A stretch of DNA of 64,000 bases from Octopus sinensis. Taxonomy: Eukaryota. The notes beneath the pieces were generated by a model, which saw nothing but the letters and a program-made list of their open reading frames with translations, was not told the origin of the DNA and ran no database searches. Shown piece by piece: positions 25,340 through 38,373 of the stretch. Position numbers and translations under genes: made by a program. How positions within the stretch are numbered: the stretch's first letter is position 1; every line of letters begins with the position of its first letter. Where the stretch lies: contig NC_043005.1 in NCBI RefSeq assembly GCF_006345805.1, positions 13,020,001 to 13,084,000 on the forward strand, in the 5' to 3' direction.

Positions 25340-26411
25340 ACCTTGCTATTCTTCCCGAGCGTCGGCTTGTTTCAATTTGCTCGTTCTTCGGAAGTCCTTG
25401 TATTGTCTCCTATTCTTATTAAGAACAGTTTACATAAATCTTTCTTTGTTTGTATTTTCTGTCCACACAAACCTATACTATACAAAAGACTAGATCTTTA
25501 TTGCTGCCTAAAAATCTATAGATATATTTTATGGCACATATTATTGCATTGAAACAAAACACTTTTAATGCACCAGGAATTTATTAATCGAAATGGCGGT
25601 CAAGAGTATGTCATGCAAGCGAGCTTGCGTAATCCTTTGCCAGCGATACACACGACATATTTACCTGGCGTCAGTCTATCTTATATGGTACACGTTCCCA
25701 TATATGTATATGTATGTGTGTGTGTGTTTGTGCGTGAGAGAGAGAGACAGAGAGAGAGAATGAGGGAGAAAGAAAGAGAATATGAATGATTTTATGCCTA
25801 TATAAATGTATGTAGATATCCATAACCTTATCTCTTTCTATTTCTCTATTTATTCTCCACTTCTCGTAGTCTCTTTCTCTCTCTATATATATATATATAT
25901 CACCCCTTCATCTCCTCCCCATTTTTTCTTTCGTTTCCTCGGTTCTTCTCTTCCTTTTTTTTACTCCTTCTCTCTTCTCCTCCTCCTCCTCCTCATCCTC
26001 CTACTTCACCTTTTTCATAACTTATAGTACCTCTTCCCCCCACTCCTCACTGAATTCATGATATAATCCCGGTGGCAAGTAACTATTATGTCATAAAGTG
26101 GGTATTGTGAAGTCAGACTATCTGCCGAATGGTGGCGGCGGCGGCGGTGACGAAAGAGTTGACATAACAGGAGTGTGTCTATATGCCTCTGTGTCAGTGT
26201 GTGCCTGCGAGTGTCTATACATACGTGTGTGAGTATTTGCATATGCTTTGTCTGTGAACGTATGTATGTTTGTGTACAGCGTATGTGTATATGTGTACGG
26301 TTAGCTGATTGGTGTAAAAATGGGTTGTTGAAATTACTGCAACAGTCGTAAGATGAGTAAAATGTATAAAGTACAACGCTGTAATTCGTACTGTATAGCA
26401 GCAGCTAACTC

Positions 26412-26841
26412 GGATCTTTTCGGTTTGAACGGCAGTTTTTAACATAATTTCTAGGTAACTAAAAAAATTCAAACTTCGCATACTGGTAGAATGTGTTTAT
26501 AAAACATCTTTTTCTCTTGGCTTTATTGAGGAAATTCTATAGTTTGTAAGATATTTGTTGTTGTTTTTCTTCAATTTCTGCAATTTCAACCAATCACTGA
26601 CGTCCATTGAGGTAAAAAAAACATTCTGTGCCCTATGAATATGTCCCTCGTTTAAGAAACAGATTGGGTTTATTTACATTTGTGAAGAAAAAAAGATACC
26701 CTTCCCCCCTAACCCTAACCCTAACTAACCCTAACCCTAAAACAGATTGAAATGCAATAGGTCGATACTATGGTCATAATTATGGGTGACAATTTCATAT
26801 GACACTGCTAGAAAAAACTGCCGTTCAAACCGAAAAGATCC
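26412..26841 (+). mobile_element. Merlin-like MITE, copy 3
   Basis: Intact TIRs; 14-bp flanking direct repeat GCAGCAGCTAACTC (26398-26411, 26842-26855). Confidence 0.85.
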
Positions 26842-27870
26842 GCAGCAGCTAACTCTCGCTCTTAGCATCGAGAGTGGTGGTCGTGGTGGGCTGTTTAATA
26901 GATTTCCTTGAGTTATTTTTGTTGTTGTTTAGCCTCAGGCAAATCCCCCATTTACCAGACCTCAAGTTAAAGACATTTCTGTTTTTAACTTCTTTCAAAC
27001 ATTGCTTATCTAGAGTTTCTTTATTTTATTGAGCCCGGTGGAATAATAAAAGACAAATTAAGTACCAGTGAAGTCCAGGTGTCCATGTACTTTATTAACC
27101 CCTCCCCTCAAAAATTACTGTGTTTGTACTTAAACTAGAAACTATTATTCAATGTGACCTTATTTTTTTTCCTTTTCGTTTTTGCGTTTCTAGACGATAG
27201 AGGAAGTTCTGAGGGCTATGAGTTTGCTATTTCTAACAGGTCGAGCGACGTGTCGGGTGATGGGTGTATTGTTCTTAGTGCTGGTCATGGTGAGGTGTTC
27301 TTGTTGGAGAAGTTCTTTTATTCTTTTACTTGTTTCAGTCATTAGACTGCGGCCATGCTGGGGCACTGATCTGAAGAATTTTCGTCGAAAGGTTCGACCC
27401 CATTACTTTTTCTGATTTTTTTTAAAGCCTGGTACTTCTTACATTGTACAATTTTGCCAAACCGCTAAGTTATGGGAATGTAAACAAACCAGCAACGGTT
27501 GTCAAGTAAACTTGCATGAAAAATATGTTAGGAATTGCTTCTCAGTGTTTTCCACTCAATATCTTCCAGTAGTGATACGTTAGACATGAAGTATGATAGT
27601 GCAAAGTCTACTAACATCAAACTTTCAAGGTGAAACTTTCAGTTTAGTCACGGGTGTAACTTGGAATAAAGAAACACAAAGGTTTCAAAATGAAGTTGAT
27701 CAAATTATTTAGACGGTGAGCAGAACATGGGCCAGCAATTATAAGCCTCAATTTCGGTCTAGTGGGCCTTTTTTAATATATTCGATGTTTTGTTTTCTGA
27801 TTCATATACATACATACATACATACATACATACATACATACATACATACATACATACATACATACATACA

Positions 27871-28171
27871 TTAGGCTTCTCAAAACTAGAAAGGAGAAAA
27901 CTAATTCAAAGACTACAGATCCAATCCATCACAGGAACAGTAAGAATCTGTAAAACTTTCTAGAAGTTTATCATTTAAGTATATATGAGCATGTCTCGAT
28001 ATGCAACTATATGCATGAGTATACATACATAAAATATACAAATCTGCACATACATACATACAAAAACACCCTGTTATTGATGCTGAAATTCCAATGAAGG
28101 AGACTTGGATCCAGGTTAGAAACCGGTTCTTTCTCTATTGCCAAGAAATCTTGAAGTAAACTGAATAATGA
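27871..28171 (+). mobile_element. Same LINE family, 3' end
   Basis: LGFSKLERRKLIQRLQIQSITGTVRICKTF*KFII*, 3' UTR, (CATA)n on both sides. Confidence 0.8.
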
Positions 28172-28289
28172 CATACATACATACATACATACATACATAC
28201 AGACAGACAGACAGACAGACATACGTACTTACGTACATACATACATACATACATATACATACATACATAACATACATACATACATAGTA

Positions 28290-28468
28290 GGCGTAGGAGT
28301 GGCTGTGTGGTAAGTAGCATGCTTACAAACCAGATGGTTCCGGGTTCAGTCCTACTGCGTGGCACCTTGGGCAAGTGTCTTCTACTATAGCCTCGGGCCA
28401 ACCAAAGCTTTGTGAGTGGATTTGGTGGACGGAAACTGAAAGAAGCCTGTCGTATATATGTATATATT

Positions 28469-28540
<72 letters not shown>

Positions 28541-28780
28541 TGTGTGTGTATGTATATGTGTGTGTATGTTTGCGTGTCTGCGTTTGCCCCCCCCCCCAAC
28601 ATCGCTTGGGAACCGATGCTAGTGTGTTTACGTCCCCGTAACTTAGCGGTTCGGCAAAAGAGACTGATAAAATAAGTACTAGGCTTACAAAGAATAAGTC
28701 CTGGGGTCGATTTGCACGACTAAAGGCGGTGCTCCAGCATGGCCACAGTCAAATGACTGAAACAAGTAAAAAAGTAAACG
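28290..28780 (+). mobile_element. tRNA-derived SINE family B, full length, with internal (TA)n(TG)n
   Basis: Head GGAGTGGCTGTGTGGTAAG...GGGTTCAGTCC, internal microsatellite, 3' GGCGGTGCTCCAGCATGGCC...GAAACAAGTAAAA. Confidence 0.85.
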
Positions 28781-29340
28781 AGTACTACAAACACGCACAT
28801 TACAAATACAATCTGTAAGCGGAACAGTAATGATCTGCAAGACCTTGTTCAAGTGTTCAAAATGTAACATTGTTTCTGTTATTTATATTTCACTTATGGA
28901 GCTTTGTATCTTTGCTAGAAACCAGCTCCTTCATAGCAGGAAGACTTCAAATAATTAAAAATAGAAGACAACCTACATACGTGCGAATGTACGTACAACA
29001 TAAGAATGATAAAGCAAATTAAAAGGTCTGATAAGAAATGTGATAATACCATTGAGTAGTGAGATGTGTAGGTGTGTAATCTGTGTTAAAGCATAAGTGT
29101 TCTGCTGATAATAGACTTGGAGTAAAACAAGCGAGTGGCTGGTGAGGAGAATGCAGGCGACAGAGCATTGACAAGATTCTGTGACGTCATCGTGTTTTTT
29201 TTTCTATTGAAGCCATTTCCTGGTCTCACTTGAAATGCTTTGTTAAATTGTATACATGTCTGTCTTTCTGCCTGCTTGCCTGTCTGTCTGAAGGTATGTA
29301 TGTATGTATGTATGTATGTATGTGTATGTATGTATGTATG

Positions 29341-29370
<30 letters not shown>

Positions 29371-29371
<1 letters not shown>

Positions 29372-29470
29372 TTATTCAGTTTATTTCAAGATTTCTTGCC
29401 AATAAAGAGCCGGTTTCTAACCTAGATTCAAGGCGCCTTCATTGGAATTTCAATATCAAAAGGGTAATTT
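29371..29470 (-). mobile_element. Same LINE family, 3' UTR only
   Basis: Matches 28070-28171; (TATG)n on both sides. Confidence 0.75.
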
Positions 29471-29649
29471 TGTATGTATGTATGATGTATGTATGTATGT
29501 ATGCATGTATGTATGTCTCTGTGTAAATTTCTATTTATGCATGTATGTATATACGAACGTATGTCTCTATGTATATATATATGTGTGTATGTGTGTGTGT
29601 GTGCATCTAGGTATGTGTATGTATCTCTTTCTTTTTACTTATTACTGTT

Positions 29650-30134
<485 letters not shown>

Positions 30135-30190
30135 ATTTGTAATTTTTCTTAAAGAAAGCTACTTTCTCACAAAGAAATAAAGCTTCAATA

Positions 30191-30360
30191 CTAGAATTTG
30201 GATAACAACAGAGATAATTGCTGCTTATCAAACTTTAAGAAAGCCTTGCATATTTTTACTGTTTCACTTACTGATTGTGTCTGTAAAGTGCGTGTCCACC
30301 AGCTTCTTTCCTTACCTGGAAATTCTCGCTTATCCAAAGGATAGTTTTGACAAAATGCAA

Positions 30361-30361
<1 letters not shown>
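30191..30361 (-). mobile_element. Diverged member of the same LINE group
   Basis: RTLQTQSVSETVKICKAFLKF; 5' break in (CATA)n. Confidence 0.6.
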
Positions 30362-30391
<30 letters not shown>

Positions 30392-30452
30392 TGTATGTAT
30401 GTATGTATGTATGTATGTATGAACGTACGTATGTATGTATGTATGAATGTAT

Positions 30453-30830
30453 GTCAGGTCACTTTCGAGTGCTACTGGTAACATGTAATCCAGTACAACC
30501 TGTTGCATGGTCGGGTCGTCGGCGACTAAACCGGCAACCCCACCAAGCTTGCTTGGTGAGGAAGGTGTTTATTGGACACCCTGCGGGATGAAAAACAAAA
30601 CCCGTCAAAGGGCGGAGGATCTCTTGAGAATCAACGGCCATCCGACCATCCAATAAATGTCTTAAGGCTGTATCATGCGCGGGGACATAGAAATAATCGG
30701 ACTGAATACCCAATCGCGCGGTTAAACCATTGGGAGTGAAGGACTCCTAGCCTTTGTTAGGGCATCCTTCTACGAGAAGGTAACTCAGGTAACTGGGATA
30801 ACTACGACATAAAACCTGCGGCTCAGTGGC
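30453..30830 (+). mobile_element. Structured GC-richer segment resembling an RTE-clade LINE 5' UTR
   Basis: TACGAGAAGGTAACTC resembles the RTE 5' UTR motif TAGGAGAAGGAAAACTC; several hairpins; no ORF follows. Confidence 0.4.
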
Positions 30831-31051
30831 TACCGATGATGTTGACTTGTTCTTCTTTTCGGATTATGGCCGCTGTTGCTTAGTAAGTAGGATTGACTCA
30901 GTGCACAGCCTTTCCTCACTTAAAAAAAAAATCTTCTTGCACAGGCATTGCACGATAACAACATTGATTAAGCTTCGTGCAATGACCATACTCGATAACG
31001 AGGGGGCAGCCACCATGTATGTATGTATGTATGTATGTATGTATGTATGTA

Positions 31052-31230
31052 TGTCTTCTATAATTTGAATTCTTCCTACAATAAGAAAACTGGTTGCAAA
31101 CAAAGAAGAAAAGATCCATCACAAGAATTTGAATAATAAAACGATTCGCGTCACACGTTGTACTTTAGAAACTCAGTTTTAATTTTACTGTTTCGCTTAG
31201 AGATGCGTTTCTGAAATACGTGTAAGCTGA
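31052..31230 (-). mobile_element. Possible further diverged member
   Basis: SLSETVK motif and 3' end joined to (CATA)n. Confidence 0.35.
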
Positions 31231-31363
31231 TCTTTTTCTTTGAATGAGATTACCATTTCGAGATTTACAAATATAGCTAAGTTCAGCAATAATTATAGGC
31301 ATAAATGGTAATTTATTATAATCTGTGAAGAGATTATACGTGTCACATCAAAATGTCCATTTA

Positions 31364-31692
31364 TAGTGGAACCTCGGTTTACGAATTCCGTTCGGTCCTG
31401 AAGGCTATTCGTGACCCGAAATGTTCGTAAACCGAAAGTATTTTCCCATAGGAAATTCAAGAGAAAGAACGGCGTATACGACCAGGAATGTGTACTGGGC
31501 TGGGCATGTGCTAGACAGCAATTGAGACTCTTTCTCTGATACTCTCAGCTTGTCACCAACCAATGTTAGTGGGTTGCGCTTTCGTACTCGAGACACGGTT
31601 CGTCAACCGAGACGTTTTATATTCATAAAAAAAAAACTGTTCGTAAACCGATTTGTTCGTGATGAGAAGCATTCGTAAACCGAATTTCACTG
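31364..31692. mobile_element. Tc1/mariner (pogo/Tigger-like) MITE
   Basis: Ends (T)AGTGGAACCTCGGTTTACGAAT ... ATTCGTAAACCGAATTTCACTG, TA on both flanks, internal repeats of TTCGTAAACCGA. Confidence 0.7.
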
Positions 31693-31855
31693 TATGTCCT
31701 CCTCCTGACTGCTTTTGGAAATGTTCATTACTGCTGGTCTGCTGATCTTTATGACGGTTCATAATTTTTCGTCTCTGTCACAAACGGCAACACAAATGAC
31801 AGAAGCTTTGATGGGAATGTCCCACCAATATTACATGTATTGATATGTATGCATT

Positions 31856-32448
31856 ACTCTTTACTCTTTTACTTGTTTCAGTCATTTGACTGCGGCCATG
31901 CTGGAGCATCGCTTTTTAGTCGAGCAAATCGACCCCAGCACTTATTCTTTGTAAGCCTAGTACTTATTCTATCGGTCTCTTTTGCCGAACCGCTAAGTTA
32001 CGGGGACCTAAACACACCACCATCGGTTGTCAAGCGATGTTGGGGGGGGGGACAAACACAGACACACCCAACACACATATATATACATATATACATATAT
32101 ACGACGGGCTTCTTTCAGTTTCCGTCTATCAAATCCACTCACAAGGCTTTGGTCGGCCCGAGGCTATAGTAGCCTAGTACTTATTGCATCGGTCTCTTTT
32201 GCCGAACTGCTAAGTTACAGAGAGGGACGTAAACACACCACCATCGGTTGTCAAGCGATGGTTGGGGGACAAACACAGACACACAAACATATACACACAC
32301 ATACATATATATATGTACATATATACGACGGGCTTCTTTCAGTTTCCATCTACCAAATCCAGTCACAAGGCTTTGGTCGGCCCGAGGCTATAGCAGAAGA
32401 CACTTGCCCTAGGTGCCACGCAGGGGGACTGAACCCGGAACCATGCGG
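31856..32448 (-). mobile_element. SINE B with internal tandem duplication
   Basis: Central segment occurs twice, junction near 32170. Confidence 0.8.
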
Positions 32449-32804
32449 TTGTTGTCTTTAATACTGATGATAGTTTTCTTTTTAATGCCAGAATAGACGT
32501 TTCTGCATATTGCAATATATATAATTCCAGAAATAACATGTGTGTGGGTGGGTTATATCTTGATGACATCAACGACATGCTTTAATACCCGAAATATCTT
32601 TCACAGAAACATGACATAATCAATATTTTTAATCGTATCTTGGAGTTTTAGGACTTCCGCTGTCTCTTTTATTCACTCGGGATTTTATATCGATCTCCTG
32701 CTCTTGGAATGCCAAAGCATAACTTTTCGAGATGTGACAGGTCGTAGCAGTCGCAAATCTAAGATATGCTACACTTTATGCTTAATATATGCAACAGCCT
32801 CAAG

Positions 32805-32867
<63 letters not shown>

Positions 32868-32879
32868 TTGTGTGTGTGT

Positions 32880-33110
32880 GTGTGTGTGTGTATTTGTGTG
32901 TTTGTGTCTATGTTTGTACCTCCACCATCGCTTGACAACCGATCTTGGTGTGCTTACGTCTCCGTAACTTACTGTTTCAGCAAAAAAAAAAAAACGATAG
33001 AATAAGTACCAGGCTTACAACGAATAAGTCTAGGGGTCGATTTCTTCGACTAAAAAGCGGTGCTCCAGCATGGCCGCAAACAAAATGACTGAAACAAATA
33101 AATAAATAAA
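32880..33110 (+). mobile_element. SINE B 3' half
   Basis: Begins in (TG)n; similar half copies at about 8000-8205 (+), 9165-9480 (-) and 52205-52430 (+). Confidence 0.75.
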
Positions 33111-33436
33111 AGAATACCGAATAACGAAGCCAAAGAGAAAAAAAATGCTACGATGCTTAAATGAGAAGTTTATGTATATGGATTAAGAGGGCAATTAGTG
33201 CGATCGCTTTGAGTGTGAAGCGTCAAGTGTGTTACAATACGACTAGGATTAATTTGAGACTAAGATGACAAAGCACAGTTAATTTAGACGCATTATTTGT
33301 CTACAGAGCTAAGGGCCTGTTTAAGCACTCAACATTTTGTATGTAAACGGTTATGAGTCAGTATCGTTAAAAAAAGTTGCTGACTGCTTTTATTTGTCAA
33401 GGAACGTATTTATAGTTTCGTTATGTATTTTGTTTC

Positions 33437-34146
33437 AGGCGGCGAGGCGAGCTGGCAGAAACGTTAGAAACGTCAGGCGAAATGCTTAGCAGTATTTCGT
33501 CTGCCGTTACGTTCTGAGTTCAAATTCCGACGAGGTCGATTTTGCTTTTCATCCCTTCCCGGTCGAATAAATTAAGTACCAGTTACGCACTGGGGTCGAT
33601 GTAATCGACTTAATCCGTTTGACTGTCCTTGTTTGTCCTCTCTGTGTAAAGAAATAGGTATTTCGTCTACCGCTACGTTCTGAGTTTAAATTCAGCCGAG
33701 GTCGACTTTGCCTTTCATCCTTTCGCGGTCGATTAAATAAGTACCAGTGTCGCACTGGCGTCGATGTAATCGACTTAATCCGTTTGACTGTCCTTGTTTG
33801 TCCTCTCTGTGTTTAGCTCCTTGTTGGTAGTAAAGAAATAGGTATTTCGTCTGCCGTTATGTTTTGGATTCAAATTCAACCGAGGTCGACTTTGCCTTTC
33901 ATCCTTTCGGGGTCGATAAATTAAGTACCAGTTACGCACTGGAGTCGATAAAATCGACTTAATCCGTTTGACTGTCCTTGTTTGTCCTCTCTGTGTTTAG
34001 CTCCTTGTTGGTAGTAAAGAAATAGGTATTTCGTCTGCCGTGACATTCTGAGTTCAAATTCCGCCGAGGTCGACTTTGCCTTTCATCCTTTCGGGGTCAA
34101 TAAATTGAGTAACAGTTACGCACTGGGGTCGATGTAATCGACTTAA
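33437..34146 (+). mobile_element. SINE A concatemer (one head, four bodies)
   Basis: GAAATAGGTATTTC at 33651, 33835 and 34019 (period 184). Confidence 0.9.
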
Positions 34147-34254
34147 TTTACCTCTCATTCTAGCATGTCGAATCACTGCATAGAGGCTCATCTATTGGTT
34201 CGTTTATAGAGTGACGTTGTGTATGTAGGCAGATTATGGCCGAAAGGTTAAGAA

Positions 34255-34458
34255 GGCGCAGGCATGGCTGTATGGGCGCAGGCATGGCTGAGTAGGCGCA
34301 AGCGTGGCTGTGTGGTAAGAATTTTGCTTCCCAACCACATGTTTCTGGGTTCGGTCTCACTGCATGGTACTTCGGGTAAGTGTCTTCTACTTTAGCACTG
34401 CAGTCGATCAAAGCCTTGTGTGAGGATTTGGTAGACAGAAACTGAAAGAAGCTCGTCG

Positions 34459-34498
<40 letters not shown>

Positions 34499-34710
34499 GT
34501 GTGTGTGTGTGTGTGTGTGTGTCCACCGCCTCTTGACAACCGGCGTCGGTGTCTTAACATCCCCGTAACTTAGCGATTTAGCAAAAAGATACCGCTAGAA
34601 TGAATACCAGACTTTAAGGAACAGTACCAGGGTCAATTTGTTTGACTAAGCCCTTCAAAGCGGTGCCCCAGCATGGCCGCAGACCAATGACTGAAACAAG
34701 TAAAGGATAA
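34255..34710 (+). mobile_element. SINE B, full length, with triplicated head
   Basis: GGCGCAGGCATGGCTG-like unit at 34255, 34275 and 34295, then a normal body. Confidence 0.8.
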
Positions 34711-34762
34711 AACATAAGACGCAAAACATTTAAAATTTTTATACAATTCCTAATAATATTTT

Positions 34763-35155
34763 ACTAACAGTATCGCCCGGCGTTGCTCGGGTTTGTTTCG
34801 ACCCTTTAGAATTGGAATTTTTGAAAAGTAAAAATTTTGCATTATGTAGCTTGTTATTCTCTTAAAGTCAACATTTTTCTGGTTGAAATACACCGAAAAA
34901 TGACGACAGCAGTGAAAAAATTGTAAAAAATAAGGATTTTCATAGAATAAAAGCACCTTTTTGATGTAAATAATTTTTGGTGTTAAAATGGTCCAATTTG
35001 AATTTTTTTCTTCCATAGAAGGAAGAGAAAGCCTTCTTCTATCATACTCTCAATTTTGGTCAACTTGCACTGCATGGTCTAAGAGGAGATAGTGTTAGTT
35101 GAAGGCTACAAAACCTGTCATACACAGACAACTTCAGCTTTATTTATAGAGAGAT
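34763..35155 (+). mobile_element. Non-autonomous Helitron-like (HINE/Lep1-type) element
   Basis: Starts ACTAACAGTATCGCCCGGCGTTGCTCGGG (CCCG/CGGG hairpin 34776-34791); ends CAGACAACTTCAGCTTTATTTATAGAGAGAT; no TSD seen. Confidence 0.55.
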
Positions 35156-35263
35156 TGTTAAAATATAGTAGGGTGTTTTTTATACACATCAAATGGCTAT
35201 GGAGCGCCAGCAGCGTAAAATAGGAACCAACGGGATCTTCAAAGGGACCCATAGGCGAAAAAT

Positions 35264-35278
35264 GGTTGAGAACCACTG
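35264..35278. mobile_element. Isolated hAT-like terminus
   Basis: GGTTGAGAACCACTG; similar GGTTGGGAACTACTG at 44881-44895; partner ends not found. Confidence 0.3.
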
Positions 35279-35292
35279 ATACAGACATAATC

Positions 35293-35665
35293 TTTTATTC
35301 TTTTAGTCTTTTACTTGTTTCAGTCATTTGACTGCGGCCGTGCTGGAGCACCGTCTTGAGGAGTTGTAGTCGAACAAATTGACGCCCACCCTCACCCGCA
35401 ACCAGGACGTTTGTTTTTAAGCCTAGTACATATTTCATCAGTTTTTTGCTGACCTGCTAAGTTACGGGGGCGTAAAAACACCAACACCGGTTATCAAGTG
35501 GTAATGGGAGTGGCGGGAGGACAAACGCAGGTAGAAAAACACACATATAAATATATACGACGCGTCTACCAAATCCATTCACAAGGTTTTGGTAGGCTCG
35601 AGGCTATAGTTGAAAGCACTTTCTCCAAGGTGCCATGCAGTGGGACTGAACCCAGAACCATGCGG
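35293..35665 (-). mobile_element. SINE B, diverged
   Basis: Homology to the family B 3' and central parts; further degenerate copies at about 43830-44415 and 1-97. Confidence 0.7.
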
Positions 35666-35874
35666 GTTGTGTGTTCAGTCATGATTATCCCTCAGTTATT
35701 ATTTATTTTTCATTTCTTTTCTTTTCCGGCAATGTGTATCTTGGACTGCGTTATCCAGGTACAGCATTCCTTTTTCTTTAGACGGGGGGGGGGGATATAA
35801 TTTGAGGGGCATTTGGTTACTATTTCTCACAAATCGAGTGACAGCATAGCGGCGCTATCGACTCGTATAGTGCT

Positions 35875-35892
35875 ATGTAGTAGTATTAATAA

Positions 35893-35928
<36 letters not shown>

Positions 35929-35971
35929 CAGCAGTTGTAGTATTAATAGTAGTAGGAGTAGTAGTAGTAGC

Positions 35972-36018
<47 letters not shown>

Positions 36019-36031
36019 CAGTAGTAGTACT

Positions 36032-36066
<35 letters not shown>

Positions 36067-36091
36067 TAGTAGTAGAAGCAGCAGCAGTAGC

Positions 36092-36133
<42 letters not shown>

Positions 36134-36180
36134 TGCTTCTGTTGCTGTTCCTGCCGCTGCTGCTGCTGCTGCTGCTACTG
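35875..36180. repeat. (AGT)n/(AGC)n/(GCT)n trinucleotide array
   Basis: Direct reading. Confidence 0.9.
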
Positions 36181-36485
36181 ATAACGTCGTCGTTATTGAG
36201 CCGAAAGCCATCCCTAACAGAGTAAATCTATACTTAAAAGCACTCCAGTCATGACCACCCCGTTATTTCCACTTTATCATTTTATTATTTTTTTTTGTTT
36301 ACCCCCTGTATACAGTGGGAGGATGTTTGAATCACTTTGAATCACAGACTTTTTTTTTAATAAATTCCTTTTTCTAACTAAACAGTTTGAAACTTCGAAT
36401 ACTGGTAGAAATTTCTCATATAGACCATGGTGTACAGATCCGTACAGTGACCCCAAGACCACATTGCTAATCTAATACAATATTC

Positions 36486-36933
36486 GGATCTCTTCGGTTT
36501 GAACGGCAGTTTTTTTTCTAGCGGTGTCATATGAAATTGTCACCCATAATTATGACCCTAGTATCGATCTATTGCATTTCAATCTGTTTTAGGGTTTGGG
36601 TTAGTTGGGGTTAGGGTTAGGGTTAGGGGTGGAGGCAAGGGTATCTGTTTTTCTTCACAAATGTAAATAAACCCAATCTGTCTCTTAAACGAGGGACATA
36701 TTCATACGGCACAGAATGTATTTTTTTTACCTCAATACACGTCAGTGATTGGTTGAAATTGCAGAAATTGAAGAAAAAAAAACCCAACAAATATTTTACA
36801 AACTATAGAATTTTCTCAATAAAGCCAAGAGAAAAAGATATTTAATAAACACATTCTACCAGTATACGAAGTTTAATATTTTTTAGTTACCTAGAAATTA
36901 TGTTAAAAACTGCCGTTCAAACCGAAAAGATCC
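36486..36933 (-). mobile_element. Merlin-like MITE, copy 4
   Basis: Reverse orientation; TSD CAATATTC (36478-36485, 36934-36941). Confidence 0.85.
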
Positions 36934-38026
36934 CAATATTCTTTTTTAAGAAGGCAAGTGGTTACCGCTGCTATGCCTATGCTGCTATTTCTTGCAGACG
37001 TAATGGCTACGTAGGAGCTCCCACACTGGCTTCTTTGCCGCGTAGTGTTGTATTGTTTTGCAATTCTTTAAGCGTTCCATATATTTCCCTAGATCAAAGA
37101 GATGCCAGTTTATACGTTGAGGTCACACCGTATTCCACTGTTTCAGGATTTCCATGGCAACTGTTTTTATTATTGTTATTGTTCTTATTTATTCCGAAGT
37201 GAACGCTGATTGATCTGTGTTGCAGAGTTTCAGCTCTGACCATCGTGTCTATTATTTCTTGACGCAGTGTATTTAAGACTGCATTACACAATGTGTCCTT
37301 CCTTGTTTTGTAAAACTGTTGGGTTGTTATTTGGCTGCTATCTCTAACGGTTCAAACGACCTTGAACAATGTCCCTTTTTTGTTTTCTTTTGTTTGTTGG
37401 TTTTTGGTTTTTTTGTTGTTGTTTTTTTTCATAGCAACTGTTTAGTCCATTCGTCCGATACCGTATAGAGATAAGAACATTACTAGACTACAACTATTGT
37501 TGTTGTTGTTGTGTTGTTGTTGTTGTTGTGGTGGTGGTGGTGGTGGTGGTGGTGGTGGTGGTGGTGATGGTTGTGGTTTTGGTGGTGGTGGTGGTGGTGG
37601 TTTTGGTAGTAGTGGTAATGGTGGGAGAGAAATGGTGGAGGGAAGAAAGAAGAGAGGAAAGCTTGGAAACGAAGAAGAAGAGAAAATGAAGAAGACGACG
37701 ACGAAATAAGAAAAGAAGCAGACGAGAGAAGAAGAAGAGAAGAAGAAGAAGAAAAGAAGAAGAAGAAAAGAAGAAGAAGACGAATAAGAAGAAGAAGAAG
37801 CGAAGAAGAAGAAGAAGAGAGAAGAATAATGAAGACGAAATAGGAGGAAGATAGGAGGAAGGATAGGAGGTAAGGCGAAGAGGCGGATCGAGGAAGAAGA
37901 AGAAATGAAGAAGGGGACGGAAAATTAGTATGATTATCGTGATGATGAATGAAATCGGTTGGTTAGATCATTACACTCTGAAATCATACACATATAATAC
38001 ATACATGCGTATATACATATACATAC

Positions 38027-38064
<38 letters not shown>

Positions 38065-38067
38065 TAT

Positions 38068-38148
<81 letters not shown>

Positions 38149-38373
38149 GCATATTATACATATATATATATATAACATATATATATATACATATATATAT
38201 ATACATAAATACATACATAACACATTTATATGTATGTGTGTGCGTGTATATATGTGTGTGTGTACGTACGTATGTATGTATGTGTGTATGTATGTTTGTA
38301 TATGAAGTTGGTGGACCAGGCGCTTGTTACTCAAGAGATCCCATTACTTGCGAGTCTTCAAGCGACGATAAAA

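Noticed and set aside
29182-29189. CRE palindrome TGACGTCA as regulatory site
   Set aside because: A single 8-mer is expected by chance in 64 kb; no supporting context.
33437-34146. Regular 184-bp repeats as CRISPR or retrozyme array
   Set aside because: No unique spacers, eukaryotic context, units are SINE bodies with a B box; no CUGANGA/GAAA fold found on either strand.
36590-36630. (TTAGGG)n as chromosome end or fusion scar
   Set aside because: Only a few units, internal to a MITE with TIRs and TSD.
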